The position numbers and the translations under genes are program-made. Positions 50,495-63,232 of a DNA stretch of 64,000 nucleotides are shown in pieces. The DNA is from an uncultured delta proteobacterium (GTDB taxonomy: Bacteria; Myxococcota_A; UBA9160; UBA4427). The stretch is from contig CAWGJT010000014.1 in assembly GCA_963822965.1 (NCBI GenBank), forward strand, positions 160,001-224,000, in the 5' to 3' direction. The notes below the pieces were generated by a model, which saw only the letters and a list, made by a program, of their open reading frames with translations, was not told the DNA's origin and did not search any database. Position 1 is the stretch's first letter; every line of letters starts with the position of its first letter.

Positions 50495-52376
50495 TCAGTG
50501 GATCGGCGGGGGCGGACCGGGTAGGGGAGGCGTGCCGGCGACCACGTCGGGTGTGCCGTGCTCGCGCTGGTAGAAGCTGATGATGTCGCGGTACTGCACG
50601 TGCCCGAGCAGGTGCTTGGCGCCCTTGCGGATCTCCACGATCGGAATCTTGTCGAACTCGCGATCCGCGAAGAACTCGAGCGCGCGGATCAGGTTGTCGT
50701 CGGGCGTCAGGTAGGTCGTCTGACGGTTCACGAGATCGTGCGCCAGCACCAGCGTGCCCAGGTGCTCGAGATCGTCGCGGTCTCCGAGATCGTTCAGGGA
50801 GACGAGTCCGGCGAGCTCTCCCTTGTCGTTCTGCAGCACGAGATCGGTCTGGCCGGTGTCCCGGGCCACGGCCTCCATCTGCTGCAGCGGCAGGTCGACG
50901 GGGATGATCGCGTTGTGGTCGTAGATGCCCCGGGTGGCGTCGCGGATCGTCACCCGCTTCAGGACGTTCGGGTTCATCTCCCACAGGTGGGCCCGGGAGA
51001 AGAACTTGTTGTCGACCTGGGTGGTGTAGATCGACCAGCGTCGCGACGTGACCAGGGCGACGGTGGCGACGACCATCAGGGGCGGGAGCAGCTCGTAGGC
51101 GCCCGTCAGCTCGCACACCATCATGAGTGAGGCGATGGGCGCGTTCGCGACACCGGCGAAGAAGGCGCCCATGCCGACCACCACGTAGGGGGTCGCGTCG
51201 GGCACCAACGCCGGGAAGAGCTGGTGGCTGACGCTGCCCACGCAGCCCCCGAGCATGGCGCCGATGAAGAGGCTGGGGGCGAACACGCCGCCGGAGCCTC
51301 CCGACGAGATCGTGAACGAGGTGGTGGCGATCTTCAGCACCGCCAGCAGCAGCAGGATCCCCGCCGTCGCGTGCAGACCGTCCACGGTGCCGCCGGAGAT
51401 CACCTGCTGCACGTATCCGAAGCCCTGGCCGAGCACCTGGGGATAGAAGAAGCCGATGGCGCCCACCATCAGCCCGCCGATCGGGGGGACGAGGTACTTG
51501 TTCACCGGCAGCCGATCGAAGAAGTACTTCTTCGAGCCGTGCATCAGGCGGACGTAGAGATAGCCCGAGGCCGAGCAGAAGAGCCCCAGCACCGCATAGA
51601 AGAGGAGCTGCACGGGGGACTGGAAGGCTTCGCCGCCGAAGCCGAAGACGTGGGTGAAGCCCTTGACGGAGCAGAAGACCGTGTAGGCGGTGACCGAGGA
51701 GAGGATCGCGGGAGTCAGGGCGTCGGTCTCGATGTCCTCCTTGTAGAGCACCTCGACGGCCGTGAGCGCGCCGCCGAGCGGCGCGCGGAAGATGGCGCCG
51801 AGACCGCCGGCGGCGCCGGCCACCATCATCGTGCGGCGGGCGCGCGCGCCCATCTTCAGGTACTGGCCGAGCGCCGAGCCGATGCCGGCGCCGATCTGGG
51901 CGATCGGCCCCTCCTTGCCGGCGCTTCCCCCGGAGGAGAGGGTCGCGATCGTCGCCAGCGACTTGATGAGCGGCACGCGCCTGCGCATGGAGCCGCCCTT
52001 GTTGTGGAAGGCGTCGATGTAGCCGTCGGTGCCCGTGCCCTCCGCCTCGGGCGCGAAGGTCCGGACGAGCAGACCCGAGATCAGACCGCCGGCGACGGGC
52101 AGCGCGACCAGCAGCCAGCGACGTAGCGGGGGCCGGCGGGAGCGGTCAGGTCCGTCGGCTCGCCCGCCGGCTGCGGGATCGTCGAGATGGACCCACGAGT
52201 TCATCGTGACCTGGACGGCCATGTGGAGCAGCTCGTTGAAGAGCCAGGGCGCCGAGCCCGGCCAGCAGCCCGATGATGATCGAGTAGAGGTAGATGGTCC
52301 GGGTGTTGATGTCGGTGAAGAGCCCCCTCAGGTCGAACGCTTTTCCCAAGACCCGTCTCCAGCGTGTTCCAGCCAT
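50495..52376 (-). CDS. ClC chloride channel/antiporter with CBS domains (frameshift near 52230)
   Basis: GGSAGKEGP, AIFRAPLGG, AVEVLY, GGSGGVFAPS, SIY, C-terminal CBS pair. Confidence 0.92.
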
Positions 52377-52685
52377 GAAGCGTGCGATGAGGGCGCACCC
52401 TCGCCGGAAGGGCCCCATCCGGGGCACGTCGTGCCGGGGTCGCGCCGAAGGCCCGCAACGTTACCCGAGCGCGTGGGGGAGTGACAGCTCCACACCCGAC
52501 GGCGGAGGCAGCACCGTCCCGATCGCCCGGAACGGCGCCCTCCGACCGGTCTGCGATGGCGAGGAGGTGGCGGCGCGATCGGCGCGGGTTCCAGAAGGCG
52601 GTCCCGAAGCGGGCCGAAGCCGGCGAGGTGGCGCCGGCCGGGCTCGCGCGCCGGGCGCGGATCGCGTCCGCGCCGTCCGTGGACA

Positions 52686-52707
52686 ATTGACTCTTTTTGG
52701 TGTCAAT
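52686..52707. promoter_or_regulatory. AT-rich inverted repeat, putative transcription-factor site in the clc/hydrogenase divergent region
   Basis: ATTGAC-N10-GTCAAT in a 730-bp intergenic region. Confidence 0.4.
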
Positions 52708-53102
52708 CGCGCTCGTCGCGAAGCGAGGCCGCGCCCGGTCCCACCGCGTCCCCGTCGATCCGGTCGGGGCCCACCCGATCCCATCCCGTGAGAGTCGTCT
52801 CGGCCGAGCGACGGGTGGGACCGCGGGCGCGGCTTCGGCGCGCATGCATGTGGGTGCACTCCACCACTCCCTGCGCGAATAGCAAACAGCGTGTCATGCA
52901 ACCGGAAGCCAGCAGATCCGGTCGGTGTGTTCCGAAATGACACGACATCGACGCTCGCTGGGGCGCTCCGACACATTCGCCCCAACGTGTCTTCCGAGGT
53001 CGTCGCGGGTGCGCCGGTGACTCGTTTGCGCGTTGCCCGAGACCCGGAGCGAGGCGCGCTCTAGAATCTCGACATCGATCACCAGCTTCCAGGGAGGTTG
53101 TG

Positions 53103-54250
53103 ATGGTTCCCACCGAACACCCGTGGACTTCCGACGAGACCCTCAGTGAGCACCTGGCGTCGCGGGGCGTGACCCGCCGGGCGTTCCTCGGCTTCTGCGG
53201 CCAGATGGCCGCGATGCTCGGTCTCTCTCCCCTGATGGGATCGCGCGTGGCCGAGGCGCTCGAGGCGTTGCGGCGCCCCACGGTCATCTGGCTCCAGCTG
53301 CAGGAATGCACGGGCTGCGTCGAGAGCGTGCTGCGCAGCGACTCGCCGACCATCGGCGACCTCATACTCGACCTGGTGTCGCTCGACTACCAGCACACGC
53401 TGATGGCGGCGGCCGGCAGCGCGGCGGAGGCGGCGCTGCAGGAGTCGATGAGCGACGAACCACGGCAAGTACGTGCTGCTCGTGACGGGCTCCATTCCGA
53501 CGGCGGACGGCGGCATCTACACCACCATCGGCGGGCGCACGGCGCGAACGATCCTCGAGGAGGCGGCGGAAGGCGCCGCCGCGGTGATCGCCGTCGGCGC
53601 CTGCGCCCACTGGGGCAGCGTGCAGGCCGCGAAGCCGAACCCGACCGGCGCGGTCGGCGTCTCGGAGATCCTGTCGGGCCGCCCGGTGGTGAACATCGCC
53701 GGCTGTCCGCCGATCGCGGACGTGGTCACCGCCACGGTGGTCCACTACCTGACCTTCGGCCGGGTGCCCGACCTGGATCGCGACGGCCGGCCGCTCTTCG
53801 CGTACGGCGCCCGCATCCACGACCAGTGCCCGCGCCGGGCGAACTACGACGCCGGCCAGTTCGTCGAGGTGTTCGACGACGAGGCGGCCCGCCGGGGCTG
53901 GTGCCTCTACAAGGTGGGCTGCAAGGGTCCGGCCACCTTCTCGCCGTGCCCGATCATCCAGTGGAATCGCGGCACGAGCTGGCCGATCGGCGCGGGCCAC
54001 CCGTGCATCGGCTGCACCGAGCGGAACTTCTGGGACACGATGACGCCGTTCTACCGCCAGATGCCCGACCTGCTCGGGCTTCGGCGTCGAGCGCACGGCG
54101 GACACCGTCGGGCTGTCGCTCGCCGTCGGGGCCACGGCGGGCGTCGTCGCCCACGCGATCGGCACGGGGATCCAGCGCACGCGGCAGCGGGCGGCCGACG
54201 GCCGCGAAGCCCTCGTCCGAAGCGGGTCCGAAGCCGGGGAGGGAGCGAGC

Positions 54251-54264
<14 letters not shown>
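53103..54264 (+). CDS. [NiFe]-hydrogenase group 1 small subunit, Tat-exported, with C-terminal anchor (frameshifted)
   Basis: [11 protein letters not shown]at signal, [49 protein letters not shown]. Confidence 0.95.
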
Positions 54265-55971
<1,707 letters not shown>

Positions 55972-55975
<4 letters not shown>

Positions 55976-56715
55976 CGCGAGCCACTCACGACCTCGACGA
56001 CGGTGCGAGGCCCCGGGCGAGGACGGTCGACGGCTACCGCTGGGTCTACATCTGGCACTGGCCGATCCGCGCCATGCACTGGGCCGCGGCCGTCGTCGCA
56101 TCGTCGTCCTGATCGCCAGCGGGCTTCTACATCGGACGGCCCTACTTCATGACCAGCGGCGAGGCCGAGCGCTCACTTCCTGATGGGCTGGATGCGCTTC
56201 CTGCACTTCGCCGCGGCGGGCGTCCTGGTGGCGACCGGGATCGTCCGGGTCTACTGGCTCTTCCAGGGCAACCGCTACGAGACGCTGGCGGGCCCTCTTC
56301 CCCGTGCGCCGGACCGACTGGATCAACTTCGGGCGGGTGATCCAGCGCTACCTGCTGGCTGCACCCGAGGCACGATCCCCACTACCTGGGCCACAACCCG
56401 CTGCAGCAGCTCTCCTACACGCTCTCTACGGCGGTCGTGCTGCTGCAGGTGGTGACGGGCTTCGGGCTCTACGGGCTCTCGAACCCCGACGGCTTCTTCT
56501 ACACGCACCTTCGGGTGGTCGTCCGTTCTGCCTGGGCGGCGTGCCCGGTGGTGCGCTTCATCCACCACACGCTCACCTGGTTCTTCCTGATCTACATCCC
56601 GGTGCACGTCTACTTCGCCCTGCGGTCCGACGTGACGGACCGCGAGGGGATCGTGTCGTCGATCTTCAGCGGCGGGCGCTGGGTGCGGGACGACGTCGAG
56701 TACGAGGATGCCTGA
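55972..56715 (+). CDS. cybH: [NiFe]-hydrogenase b-type cytochrome subunit (frameshifted)
   Basis: VYIWHWPIRAMHW, MGWMRFLHF, GHNPLQQ, RFIHH..IPVHVY, VSSIFSG; ATGA overlap with the large subunit. Confidence 0.9.
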
Positions 56716-57217
56716 GCCGCCCCGTCGTCCGGCGGAGGGCTCCCGGACCGTCGTCATCGGCGTGGGCTCGCCGCTGATGGGCGACGACGGCGTGGGCCTC
56801 GCGGCCCTCGAGGCGCTGCGCGAGTCGTGGAGCTTCGATCCGCCCGTGGAGCTCGTCGACGGCGGCACCTGGAGCATGAACGTGCTCCACGAGATCGAGG
56901 ACGCCGATCGGCTGCTGCTGCTCGACGCGATCCGGGCCGGCCGCCCGGCCGGCGAGCTGGTCGTGCTCGAACGCGACGAGCTGCCGCGCTTCTTCTCGAC
57001 GAAGCTCTCGCCCCACCAGATCGACCTCCGCGAAGCGCTCGCCCTGGCGGAGCTGCGCGGCTCGCTGCCGGAGGACGACCGTGGCGATGGGCCTCGAGCC
57101 GGCGCGGGTCGAGCTCCGGGCCGGGCTAGCGAGGAGATCGCGCCGCGTCTCGCCGGCCTGGTCGAGCAGGTGGTGAAGCGGATCGAGTCCTGGGGGCACC
57201 GTGCCCGCCGCCGCTAG
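56708..57217 (+). CDS. Hydrogenase maturation protease (HyaD/HybD family)
   Basis: VIGVGSPLMGDDGVG, VDGGT, LLLDAI, KLSPHQ. Confidence 0.92.
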   Translation: MPEPPRRPAEGSRTVVIGVGSPLMGDDGVGLAALEALRESWSFDPPVELVDGGTWSMNVLHEIEDADRLLLLDAIRAGRPAGELVVLERDELPRFFSTKLSPHQIDLREALALAELRGSLPEDDRGDGPRAGAGRAPGRASEEIAPRLAGLVEQVVKRIESWGHRARRR

Positions 57218-59557
57218 CCCGGCTGCGTCGCCGGTCGGCCGACGCTGGGTCGTCTTCGGCACCACCCAGGGCGTGGGCTTCCGACCGTGGGTGCACGAGG
57301 TGGCGCTGGCCCTCGGGCTCGACGGGCCGCGTCCGCAACGCGGCCCGCGGTGTCGTCGTCGAGGCGTTCGGCGCGCCCGAAGGGCTCGATCGCCTGGGGG
57401 AGCGGCTGTGCGCCCCCGACCTGCCGGCGGCGTCCGTCGAGGGCGTCGAGAGCCGCCCGCTCGAAGGACCAGCGCCCGGCGACTTCCGCATCGAGCAGGG
57501 CCGGGCGCCGGAGACCGCAGGGCGTCCCTGCCTGTCGCCCGACCTGGCGCTGTGCCCGGACTGTCGCAGCGAGATCGCCGATCCCCGCGACCGCCGCTTC
57601 GGCTACGCGTTCACGAGCTGCACCCGTTGCGGTCCGCGCGCGACCATCGTTCGCGCGCTGCCCTACGAGCGCGAGCACACCAGCATGGCTGCTTTCGAGC
57701 TGTGCGCCGCGTGCCGCGGCGAGTACGAGAGCCCCGGCCACCGTCGCTTCCACGCCGAGACCAACGCCTGCCCCGCGTGCGGTCCTCGGCTGTCGCTGCG
57801 CGACCGCGCCGGCGTCGTACTCGTTTCGCCCGCGCAGGCCCTCGCCGAGACGGCGCGTCGGCTGCGCGCCGGCGACATCGTCGCGGTGCAGGGCGTCGGC
57901 GGCTTCCATCTCGCCTGCGACGCCACGCGCGAGGAATCCGTCGCCCGGCTGCGGGCCCGCAAGGGGCGCGATCGCAAGCCCTTCGCGGTGATGGTGAAGG
58001 ACGAGGCGCAGGCGGCCGAGCTCGCCGTCTTCGAGGAGTCGGAGTGGCAGCTCCTGCGGTCCCCTGCGGCGCCCATCGTGCTGGTCCGGCGCCGCCCGGG
58101 AGCCGCAGTGGCGGCGTCCGTCGCGCCCGGCACGCCCCTGCTGGGCCTGCTGCTCGCGTACTCGCCCGCTCCACGCGCTGCTCCTGGAGGCGTCCGGCGT
58201 CCCGCTCGTGATGACGTCGGGCAACCGCTCGGGAGAGCCCATCGCCTATCGCGTGTCCGAAGCGGAGACGCGCCTCGCCCCCGTGGCAGACGCCTTCCTG
58301 GTGCACGACCGCGAGATCGAGGCGCCCTGCGACGACTCGCTGGCCGCGGTGATCGCCGGGACGCCCGTCGTCCTGCGCCGATCCCGGGGCTACGTGCCGC
58401 GGCCCCTGTCCGTCGCGCGACCGCTCTCGCAGGCGGTGCTGGGCTGCGGCGGCCAGTGGAGCAACACCGTCTGCCTGGGCGTCGGCTCCTGGCTTCACAC
58501 GAGCGCGCACAACGGCGATCTCGACGCACCGGAGTCGCTGGATCGCTTCGCGGAATCGATCGAGCGTCTGCAGCGTCTGGTGGGGCGCGGGCCCGAGGTC
58601 GTGGCCCACGACCTGCATCCCCACTACGCGGCGAGTCGCTGGGCGAAGGACCAGCGCGACGCGCCCACCGTCGCCGTGCAGCACCACCACGCACACGTGG
58701 CTGCCGTGCTCGCCGAGCACGGCCACGAGGGGCCCGTCCTCGGCGTGGCCTACGACGGGACGGGCCTGGGCAGCGACGGGGCGTCCTGGGGAGGCGAGCT
58801 GCTGCGCGCGGATCGCGCGGGCTTCGAGCGGCTGGCCACCCTGCGCCCGCTCCGCCTGGCCGGAGGCGACACCGCGATCCGCCAGGTGTGGCGGATCGCG
58901 CTGGCGCTCCTCGACGACGCCTTCGACGGTGCGCCCCCGCTGGACGCCTTCCCGCTCTTCGCGGGGGTTCCCGAGGCGCACCGGAATGCGGTGCTCGACC
59001 TGTTGCGCCGCGACGTCCGCTGCGCGCCCGCCCATGGGCTCGGGCGTCTCTTCGACGCCTTCGGTGCGCTCTGGCTCGGGCACCCCGAAGCCCGCTTCAA
59101 CGGCGAGGTCGCGATGGCCTGGAACTTCGCCGCCGCGCCCGGGGAGCACGCTGGCTATCCCTTCGACGTCGATTCGTCGGGCAAGCCGGCCGTGCTCGAC
59201 TGGCGTCCGATGGTGCGCGCCGCCGTGGCGGACCACCTGCGCGGGCGGCCTGCGTCCGAGATTGCGGGCCGCTTCCACGCGACGATCGCCCGCGCGACGG
59301 CGGCGCTCGTCGCCCGCTTCCAGAGCGCCTCGGACGTGCTTCCCGTGGTGCTCGCCGGGGGCTGCTTCCAGAACGCGCTGCTCACGCGCCTGCTGATCGA
59401 GGGCCTGCCCGCCCGCTACCGTGTGCTGCGAGCCGAGCGACTTCCCCCCGGCGACGGCGGGCTGTGCGTCGGGCAGGTGGTGGTCGCCGAGGCGAGTCTG
59501 CGCGGGATCCACTCGAGGAGACGAGACGAATGTGCCTGGGCGTTCCCGGACGCGTGA
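57201..59557 (+). CDS. hypF: Carbamoyltransferase HypF (2 frameshifts)
   Basis: QGVGFRP acylphosphatase, CxxC zinc fingers, RRFHAETNACPACGP, GGFHLACDA, MTSGN, DLHP, QHHHAH, DGTGLG, PGDGG. Confidence 0.95.
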
Positions 59558-59832
59558 TATCGGTCGACGGCTGGGTGGCCGTCGTGGACTTCTGGGGTGT
59601 TCGCCGCACCGTCGGGCTTCAGATCGTCGACGAGCCGGTGGCCCCGGGCGACTACGTGCTCAACCACGTGGGCTTCGCGATCCGGCGCATCCCCGAGGAG
59701 GAGATCGCGGAGACCCTCGCGCTCTACGAGACCCTGCTCGAGGCGGCAGCGGACGACGACCTCATGGCGGCGGACGTCCGCGACGAGGTGGGGGCGGCCT
59801 CCCGCGCGCAGGAGGATCCCGATGCCGGCTGA
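59530..59832 (+). CDS. hypC: Hydrogenase assembly chaperone HypC
   Basis: MCLGVPGRV...GDYVLNHVGFAI. Confidence 0.96.
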   Translation: MCLGVPGRVISVDGWVAVVDFWGVRRTVGLQIVDEPVAPGDYVLNHVGFAIRRIPEEEIAETLALYETLLEAAADDDLMAADVRDEVGAASRAQEDPDAG

Positions 59833-60964
59833 CGCGACGCCTCCCGAGTCGAGGCTGCACTTTCGCGATCCCGCGCAGGGCCGCGAGCTCGCCCTCGCGC
59901 TCGAGGCCCTCACCCGCGGTCGCGAGGCCGACCCCATCGCCGTGATGCACGTGTGCGGCAGCCACGAGCAGGCGATCGCCCGATTCGGACTGCGCCACAC
60001 GCTGCCGAAGGGGCTCGAGGTGATCATGGGGCCGGGCTGTCCGGTCTGCGTCACCGACTGTCCGGAGGTGGACGAAGCCGTCGCGCTCGCCCGGCAGGGC
60101 ATCCGCGTCGTCACCTACGGCGACATGCTGCGGGTGCGCGGCAGCAGCGATTCCCTCGCCGACGTGCGCGCGGAGGGCGCACCCGTCGACGTCATCTACG
60201 GCGCCGCCGAGGCGGTCGCCCTGGCTCGCGCCTCGGAAGAGGACGTGGTCTTCTTCGCGACGGGCTTCGAGACGACGGCGGTGGCGACCGCGGCCATCCT
60301 GCTGCACGAGCCGCCGGCGAATCTCTTCGTGCTGTCGGCGCACAAGTACATCCCGCCGGTGATGGAGATCGTGGCCGAGATGCCGGGGAACCGGGTCGCA
60401 GGCTTCCTCGCGGCGGGCCACGCCGCCACCATCACGGGCTACGGGGTCTTCGAGGCCTTTGCGGCGCGTCACGGCCTGCCGGTGGTGGTCGCGGGCTTCG
60501 AGCCTCTCGACATCCTGGCCGGCCTCGTGCAGCTGCTCTCCCTCGTGCGTCGCGGCGAGCCCCGGGTGGCGAACGCGTTCCCGCGCTGCGTCACGCGCGA
60601 GGGGAACAAGCGGGCCCAGGAGCAGCTGTGGCGGGCGTTCGAGGCGGTGGGCGGACGCTGGCGCGGGATCGCCCAGGTGCCGAACGGCAATCTGCGCCTG
60701 CGTCCGGAGCTGGCCCGCCACGACGCCCGTCGCCGATTCGCCCGCGAGCTCCAGGCCGCCCGCCGGCCGGCCGCGAGTCGCTCGCTCCACGCCTGCCTGT
60801 GCGGTCAGATCATGTCCGGGCGGGCGTCGCCCAGCGACTGTCCGCTGTTCGGAAACGCCTGTACGCCCGAGGATCCCGTGGGTGCGTGCATGGTCAGCTC
60901 CGAGGGCACCTGTCGCATCTGGCACCAGTACGGCGGCCATCCGCGTCTCGGGGAGGCTTCGTGA
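59822..60964 (+). CDS. hypD: Hydrogenase formation protein HypD
   Basis: MHVCGSHE, GPGCPVC, GFETT, GFEP, CLCG, GACMVSSEGTC. Confidence 0.96.
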   Translation: MPADATPPESRLHFRDPAQGRELALALEALTRGREADPIAVMHVCGSHEQAIARFGLRHTLPKGLEVIMGPGCPVCVTDCPEVDEAVALARQGIRVVTYGDMLRVRGSSDSLADVRAEGAPVDVIYGAAEAVALARASEEDVVFFATGFETTAVATAAILLHEPPANLFVLSAHKYIPPVMEIVAEMPGNRVAGFLAAGHAATITGYGVFEAFAARHGLPVVVAGFEPLDILAGLVQLLSLVRRGEPRVANAFPRCVTREGNKRAQEQLWRAFEAVGGRWRGIAQVPNGNLRLRPELARHDARRRFARELQAARRPAASRSLHACLCGQIMSGRASPSDCPLFGNACTPEDPVGACMVSSEGTCRIWHQYGGHPRLGEAS

Positions 60965-61999
60965 GCGGATCCGGCGCGCCTCGCGGCAAGGTGCTGATGC
61001 GCCACGGCGCCGGCGGCCCCGCCATGCGCGGCCTCGTCGAGTCGCTCTTCGCGCGCGGCGCCTCGGACGACGACCCGGATCGCATCGGGCTCGGCGCCTT
61101 CGACGACGGTGCCGCCCTGCGGATCGGCGACCGCTGGCTGGTCTTCACGACGGATTCGCACGTGGTCACACCCATCTTCTTTCCGGGCGGCGATCTCGGG
61201 CGCCTGGCGGTGTGCGGCACGGTGAACGATCTGGCGATGATGGGCGCCACCCAGGTGCTGGGGCTGAGCCTCTCGGTGCTGGTCGAGGAGGGCACCGACC
61301 AGGAGGTGCTGGTGCGGCTCCAGGACTCGATCGCCGCGGCCTGTGGTGAGGCCGGCACGGTCATCCTGACGGGCGATACGAAGGTGATGGGACGGGGCGA
61401 GCTCGACGGCGTCGTCCTCAATACGGCGGGCATCGGCTGGGCCGACGAGCCCGTACGCGACCGCAATCTCCGGCCCGGTGACCCCATCGTCGTGACGGGC
61501 ACCATCGGCGACCACGGCATGGCGGTGATGGCGTTGCGCCACCAGCTGGAGCTCTCCGCCCGGCTGGCGTCGGACGTGGCGCCCCTGGGCGACCTGGTCG
61601 CACGGGTGCTGGAGGTCGCGGGCGGCGCCATCGGCGGCATGAAGGATCCCGACCCGGGGCGGCGTCGCGAGCGCCCTCCACGAGATGGCTGCGAAGAGCG
61701 GTGTCGGCATCGTGCTGCGCGAATCCGAGCTGCCGATCCGCCCCGAGGTGGCCTCGGCCGCCGAGCTGCTGGGAGTCGACCCGCTGCAGGTGGCCAACGA
61801 GGGGAAGGCGTTGATCGCGGTGCGGCCGGAGCGAAGCGAGGCGCTGCTCGAGGTGCTGTGCGCCCATCCGCTGGGCAAGGACGCCCGCGTGATCGGCGAG
61901 TGCGTCGCCGAGCGCCCGGGCTCGGTCGTTCTCGATACGGGCTTCGGGCGCCGGATCGTCGGAGAGGTCGAGGGAGAGCTCCTCCCTCGCATCTGCTGA
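60961..61999 (+). CDS. hypE: Carbamoyl dehydratase HypE (frameshift near 61650)
   Basis: HGAGG, TTDSHVV, GRLAVCGTVNDLA, GDTKV, ANEG, C-terminal LPRIC. Confidence 0.96.
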
Positions 62000-62856
62000 T
62001 GGGCTCGTCTCCCTCCATCCGGCTCGAACGGCAGGGGCGCGTGGGGATCGTCACGATCCACCGGCCCGAGCGACACAACTCGCTCGACGTGCGCACCGCC
62101 CAGGACCTGCGTCGGGCGGCGCTCGAGCTGAGCCGCGACGAGGACGTCGGGGTCATGGTGTTGCGGGGGCAGCCCGGCGTCTTCTGCAGCGGCGTGGACC
62201 TGGAGTACGTGCGCGGCGGCGGGGAGGACGACGACCTCCGCTACCTGGTGGCCGGCTCCCTGCCCGAGCCCGGGAGCGGCGAAGGGGATCGTCGCTTCGG
62301 CGCCGTCTTCAAGCAGGTGCTCGAGTACATCGGCAGCACGATCTCCGAGATCCGGCGCGCGCCGAAGCCCGTGCTGGCGGCCGTGGACGGCGTGGCGGCG
62401 GCGGGCGGGCTCGGCCTGGCCCTGTGCTGCGATCTCGTGTTCGCCTCCCAGCGCAGCCGCTTCGAGTGGGCGTACGGCAAGACGGGGCTCTCCGGGGCGG
62501 AGAGCGCCACCTTCTTCCTGCCGCGCCTCGTGGGCCTGCGCCGGGCTCTCGACATCGCGCTCCTCGGCCCCCGGATCGACGCCGCGCAGGCCCTGCGTCT
62601 GGGCCTGGTGAGCGAGGTATGGCCCGACGAGGACTTCGAGCGCAACCTGCTCGAGCAGGCGCGGCGTCTCGCCGAGGGCCCGACGGCCGCCTACGCGCGC
62701 ATGAAGGATCTGCTCAACGCGGCCACGGGGGGCGAGTGGCTCGAGGATCATCTCGGGCGCGAGGTCGAGAGCCTGGTGGCGAGCGCGGACGGCGACGAGT
62801 TCGCCCGCGGCATCGAGCGCTTCTTCGCCCGGCGCGACGGCCGGCGCGGCGAGTAG
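61999..62856 (+). CDS. Stand-alone enoyl-CoA hydratase/crotonase-fold protein inside the hyp operon (resembles the HypX C-terminal domain)
   Basis: RPERHNSL, FCSGVDL, PKPVLAAVDGVAAAGG, AYGKTGLSGAESATFFLPRLVG; TGATG overlap with hypE; 4 bp before hypA. Confidence 0.9.
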   Translation: MGSSPSIRLERQGRVGIVTIHRPERHNSLDVRTAQDLRRAALELSRDEDVGVMVLRGQPGVFCSGVDLEYVRGGGEDDDLRYLVAGSLPEPGSGEGDRRFGAVFKQVLEYIGSTISEIRRAPKPVLAAVDGVAAAGGLGLALCCDLVFASQRSRFEWAYGKTGLSGAESATFFLPRLVGLRRALDIALLGPRIDAAQALRLGLVSEVWPDEDFERNLLEQARRLAEGPTAAYARMKDLLNAATGGEWLEDHLGREVESLVASADGDEFARGIERFFARRDGRRGE

Positions 62857-62860
62857 CGCC

Positions 62861-63232
62861 ATGCACGAGTACTCGATCGTCGGCTCGCTGCTCGCCCAGG
62901 TGGAGGACGTGGCCCGCAAGCACGAGGCCGCCCGGGTGGTGGCGGTCCGGCTGCGCATCGGAGAGCTCGCCGGGGTGGAGACGGACCTGCTGCACACCGC
63001 CTGGGACTTCCTCAAGCAGCGGAGCTGCTGCGACGGCGCCCGTCTCGAGGTGGAGAGCGCGCCGGCGCGCTGGTCCTGCCGAGGCTGCCAGGCCGAGATC
63101 GCCCGGGGCGGCGCGCTCGTGTGCGAGCGGTGCGGCGCGCCGGCGCGGCTCGCGAGCGGGGACGAGCTGCTGCTGGAGCGGGTCGAGATGGAAGTGGAGA
63201 CGATGGAAGAGGGCGAAAGGGAGGAAGGGTGA
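62861..63232 (+). CDS. hypA: Nickel metallochaperone HypA
   Basis: MHE start, IGELAGVE, CRGC...CERC, SGDEL. Confidence 0.96.
   Translation: MHEYSIVGSLLAQVEDVARKHEAARVVAVRLRIGELAGVETDLLHTAWDFLKQRSCCDGARLEVESAPARWSCRGCQAEIARGGALVCERCGAPARLASGDELLLERVEMEVETMEEGEREEG

Noticed and set aside
52882..52897. Minus-strand sigma-54 promoter (TGACACG-N4-TTGCT) or c-di-GMP riboswitch (GCAAAC)
   Set aside because: It lacks the invariant -24 GG, and the remaining riboswitch consensus is not recognisable.
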